From the NCBI GenBank assembly GCA_965204345.1, contig OZ241981.1, forward strand, positions 256,001-320,000: a stretch of 64,000 nt of DNA. Direction: 5' to 3'. The notes beneath the pieces are model-generated. The model was not told where the DNA came from, searched no databases, and worked only from the letters and a program-made list of their open reading frames with translations. The DNA comes from Nitrosopumilus sp. (GTDB lineage Archaea > Thermoproteota > Nitrososphaeria > Nitrososphaerales > Nitrosopumilaceae). The translations under genes were made by a program, and so were the position numbers. This document shows, piece by piece, positions 61,187 to 64,000 of the stretch (positions are counted from its first letter, which is position 1; each line of letters begins with the position of its first letter).

Positions 61187-61636
61187 ATGCCTCAAGAAGA
61201 TACCGATGCAGAATCAGCTGACAAAATTACAGAGTCGTTGCTAGAAACAGTCTCAGATGCAGAAGTTGATTCAAGAGTTAGTTTTGAAGAATTTACAGAT
61301 GAAAGAGCTTTGATCAGCCATGATGCATTTGGCAAAAAACAGATGAAGATCAAAGTACTGGAGGTATCAGATGAAAACCCTGTTTTGAAATGGAAGTTTG
61401 GAGATCGTGTAAAAGTTACAAAAATCCTAGTCACCATCAAACATTTAACGACACAGCAGGTAGAAGAGGCTGAATTTGATATTGAGGCAATTGAAAGGGA
61501 ACTGGCAGAAAAAAGACACTATACTTCAACAAACAGGTGGATTCCTACAGAGGATATCAAAAACGGCTATGTCGTCGGTTCAAAGCACACCAGACTGATC
61601 AGCGATGCAGCAGCGCTAGACTATATCGTGTTTTGA
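61187..61636 (+). CDS. Hypothetical protein
   Basis: Intact acidic ORF. Confidence 0.75.
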   Translation: MPQEDTDAESADKITESLLETVSDAEVDSRVSFEEFTDERALISHDAFGKKQMKIKVLEVSDENPVLKWKFGDRVKVTKILVTIKHLTTQQVEEAEFDIEAIERELAEKRHYTSTNRWIPTEDIKNGYVVGSKHTRLISDAAALDYIVF

Positions 61637-61704
61637 TCTGAAACCACACTTAAATGACTAATTGGCCTGAAAACATTATAAACAAAAGAAATTGAAAAAA
61701 CAGC

Positions 61705-62016
61705 ATGAGTTCAAAGGAATTTGATGTAAACGGTACGGATTACAAGATAGTGCTGACCGAACAGGTAATCAGTCATGTAAACAATCTCAAAAACCTCTAT
61801 AATGCCGCGTATGAGGATCCGGAAAGTTTTGAGGATGTAAGCTCAGAAATTTCAAATACGATAAACGAGATAGCAAGTACAGTACAGCCAAAAGCCGAAG
61901 ACAGTGATTTGGATGGAATCATCCAAGAGATAATCAAGGCAGTGGATAACAAAGCTGAAGAAATCAAAAAAGAGCTCGAAGCAAAGCCCGTCAAGAAATC
62001 AAAATCTAAAAAATAG
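61705..62016 (+). CDS. Hypothetical protein
   Basis: Intact ORF with TATA upstream. Confidence 0.75.
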   Translation: MSSKEFDVNGTDYKIVLTEQVISHVNNLKNLYNAAYEDPESFEDVSSEISNTINEIASTVQPKAEDSDLDGIIQEIIKAVDNKAEEIKKELEAKPVKKSKSKK

Positions 62017-62085
62017 TCTCATTTTGACCTTAAACTCATAAAAAATTAGTGGATAAATTATATTCTAAATCAGCTAATTGCCAGT

Positions 62086-62202
62086 ATGGAAAACAGCTGT
62101 GAATGCGGCATATGTGGTCATCATAGCGAATCCGAATGCCTGCTAAAAGAGTGCAAATGCTGTTTGAATTTCCACGAAAGATCAGGCCCCAAACAAAAAT
62201 AA
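62086..62202 (+). CDS. 38-aa Cys-rich microprotein (not in ORF track)
   Basis: MENSCECGICGHHSESECLLKECKCCLNFHERSGPKQK. Confidence 0.6.
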   Translation: MENSCECGICGHHSESECLLKECKCCLNFHERSGPKQK

Positions 62203-62213
62203 TCAAGACAGAG

Positions 62214-62321
62214 TTAGCTCTCAGCATTGTAACAGCTGCATTTTTTTGACACGTGCCTGTTGCATCCAAAAAGCTTATGATCACGGCAGCCGCAAAGAAC
62301 ACATTTTTTCTCAGCAGTCAT
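62214..62321 (-). CDS. 35-aa Cys-rich microprotein (not in ORF track)
   Basis: MTAEKKCVLCGCRDHKLFGCNRHVSKKCSCYNAES; ATGA overlap with 62318-62692. Confidence 0.6.
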   Translation of the reverse strand: MTAEKKCVLCGCRDHKLFGCNRHVSKKCSCYNAES

Positions 62322-62692
62322 AGCTTTTCAATCAAATCTCCCACGCTCTCAATCATTTTTCGGTCTTCTAGCGCCTCAATTATTTTGAATCTCATGTTCT
62401 TTATTCTGTGGGTGTCATTAGAATACAGCGGGGCCATGGTTTCAATCTCTTTTTCAAAGAAATAATTTTCCAAATAATGGCTAAATTTTGATTTTAAGCT
62501 CTTAAAATCAGAGACGCTGATCGTGTACTCGTCAATATTGTTTGTAGACACTTTGAGAAACCCATTAATTTTTAACATCTCTTTTTTAATGTTGTCTAGA
62601 TCTCCGGGCTTGTCATTAATTTCTTTAAGGGTATTATACGAGTCTACAATCTGTAAAAGAATCTTCTTTAAATGATCATTGTAGGATGCCAC
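62318..62692 (-). CDS. Hypothetical protein
   Basis: Intact ORF. Confidence 0.7.
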   Translation of the reverse strand: MASYNDHLKKILLQIVDSYNTLKEINDKPGDLDNIKKEMLKINGFLKVSTNNIDEYTISVSDFKSLKSKFSHYLENYFFEKEIETMAPLYSNDTHRIKNMRFKIIEALEDRKMIESVGDLIEKL

Positions 62693-62801
62693 AATTCCAT
62701 CTAAAAAACATCTAATCTATAGTTTAGCAAAGGCAGACTTGCTTACTTGAAGAATTTTGACAGGATTTCCTTTAAATTATCACAGGTTATCACAGATTAT
62801 A

Positions 62802-64000
62802 ATGCAGGATGATGCCTATCTCAAGTGTGTTGATCCCAAATGCGGACTAGAATACCCCATAGAAAGTACAAACGTGCAGTGTGAAAAGGGCCATTTGCTT
62901 GATGTAAAATACAAAAAAAGACCCTCAGATGCACTAAAGCAAGTATTTTACAAAAGACGAAATTCCGAGGGAAGTATTTTCAATGAAAGCGGGGTCTGGA
63001 GATTCAGAGAATTATTGAATTTTTCTCAGATTGATACTGAAGACATGGAGGAATGTTCAAGATGTCTCGTATCACTAGACGGGGCAGAGGGCAGGCAGTC
63101 AAAACCGTATCAGATGTCAAAGGCAGCAGAATTCATAGGGATTTCAAATGAAACGCTATGGTTGCAGCCAGAAGGATACAATCCAAGCGGTTCATTCAAA
63201 GACAACGGAATGGCAACGGCCGTTACCCATGCAAAAATGGTAGGAGCAAAAAAAATTGTCTGTGCATCTACTGGAAACACATCTGCATCTGCAGGAATGT
63301 TTGCAGCAAATGAGGGAATAAGCTGCGATGTCTACATACCAGCAGGCCAGATAGCGCCGGGAAAACTCAGCCAGGCATACCAGTTTGGAGCTCAAATTGT
63401 AGGAGTTGATGGAAACTTTGATGATGCGCTAAAACAGTCCTTAGATGATGCCCGGAATCACAACGGATATACTGTCAATTCAATCAATCCGTTTAGAATC
63501 GAGGGGCAAAAAACAATCCCGTTTAGGGCACTAGAGTATCTGAATTGGAAGGTTCCAGACTGGATTGTATATCCTGGAGGGGCGCTAGGCAATACGTCAA
63601 GCTGTGGGAAGGCATTGATGGAGTTATACGAGTGGGGATGGATTAAAAAAATTCCAAGAATTGCAGTCATCAACTCAGAGGGGGCAAGCACGCTATCGGA
63701 CCTGTACAATGGCAAGTTTGAAAATGAGGAGCTAAGGTGGAACAACGGAAGCCCAAACACGGAACTGATCACTAGATATTATGATCATTTGGATAGGAAG
63801 GGATTAAGACCCAAAACCAGGGCAACTGCGATTCAAATTGGAAGACCGGCAAACATTCTCAAGGGATTGCGCGCACTAGAGTTTACAAACGGAGTTGTAA
63901 CTACGGTTACGGATTCTGAAATGCTAGATGGCATGTCCGTGGTAGGCCTAAACGGATTTGACTGCGAGATGGCATCAGGTGCGTCAGTGGTAGGGATTAA
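62802..64000 (+). CDS. thrC: Threonine synthase (runs off the window end)
   Basis: N-terminal Zn ribbon, EGYNPSGSFKDNGM, CASTGNTSAS, NSINPFRIEGQKT. Confidence 0.93.
   Translation, partial: MQDDAYLKCVDPKCGLEYPIESTNVQCEKGHLLDVKYKKRPSDALKQVFYKRRNSEGSIFNESGVWRFRELLNFSQIDTEDMEECSRCLVSLDGAEGRQSKPYQMSKAAEFIGISNETLWLQPEGYNPSGSFKDNGMATAVTHAKMVGAKKIVCASTGNTSASAGMFAANEGISCDVYIPAGQIAPGKLSQAYQFGAQIVGVDGNFDDALKQSLDDARNHNGYTVNSINPFRIEGQKTIPFRALEYLNWKVPDWIVYPGGALGNTSSCGKALMELYEWGWIKKIPRIAVINSEGASTLSDLYNGKFENEELRWNNGSPNTELITRYYDHLDRKGLRPKTRATAIQIGRPANILKGLRALEFTNGVVTTVTDSEMLDGMSVVGLNGFDCEMASGASVVGI

Overview
This is an archaeal window that looks like Nitrosopumilaceae (Thaumarchaeota); the repeat-rich secreted proteins resemble those of host- or sponge-associated lineages (inference). 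Core genes lie at 9.4-12.2 kb (purE, ilvA, a hypothetical) and 54-64 kb (purK, NTP transferase, LLM oxidoreductase, thiolase/DUF35, Hjc-like nuclease, partial thrC). Between them is a 37.4-kb nested transposon (12268-49632, 8-bp TSD TCTAAAAA). Its outer IS6-like element has 63-bp TIRs and carries a type II R-M system. The right TIR is split by two further cargo-carrying IS6-like transposons (16155-31888 and 31897-49595), inserted in tandem at the same 8-bp site (AAGATTTG, present three times), which points to site-specific targeting of another element's TIR. Their cargo includes an MTase-Cas4/Csa1-like-wHTH-AAA operon, subtilases, catalytically dead M12B-like giant proteins and a diversified secreted paralog family. 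Flanking decayed islands (1.4-9.3 kb, 49.7-54 kb) share modules and relic transposon ends, and the left island holds two tandem C/D-box sRNA genes with the same scaffold but different guides. All calls were made by eye; family names come from motif recognition, not database searches.
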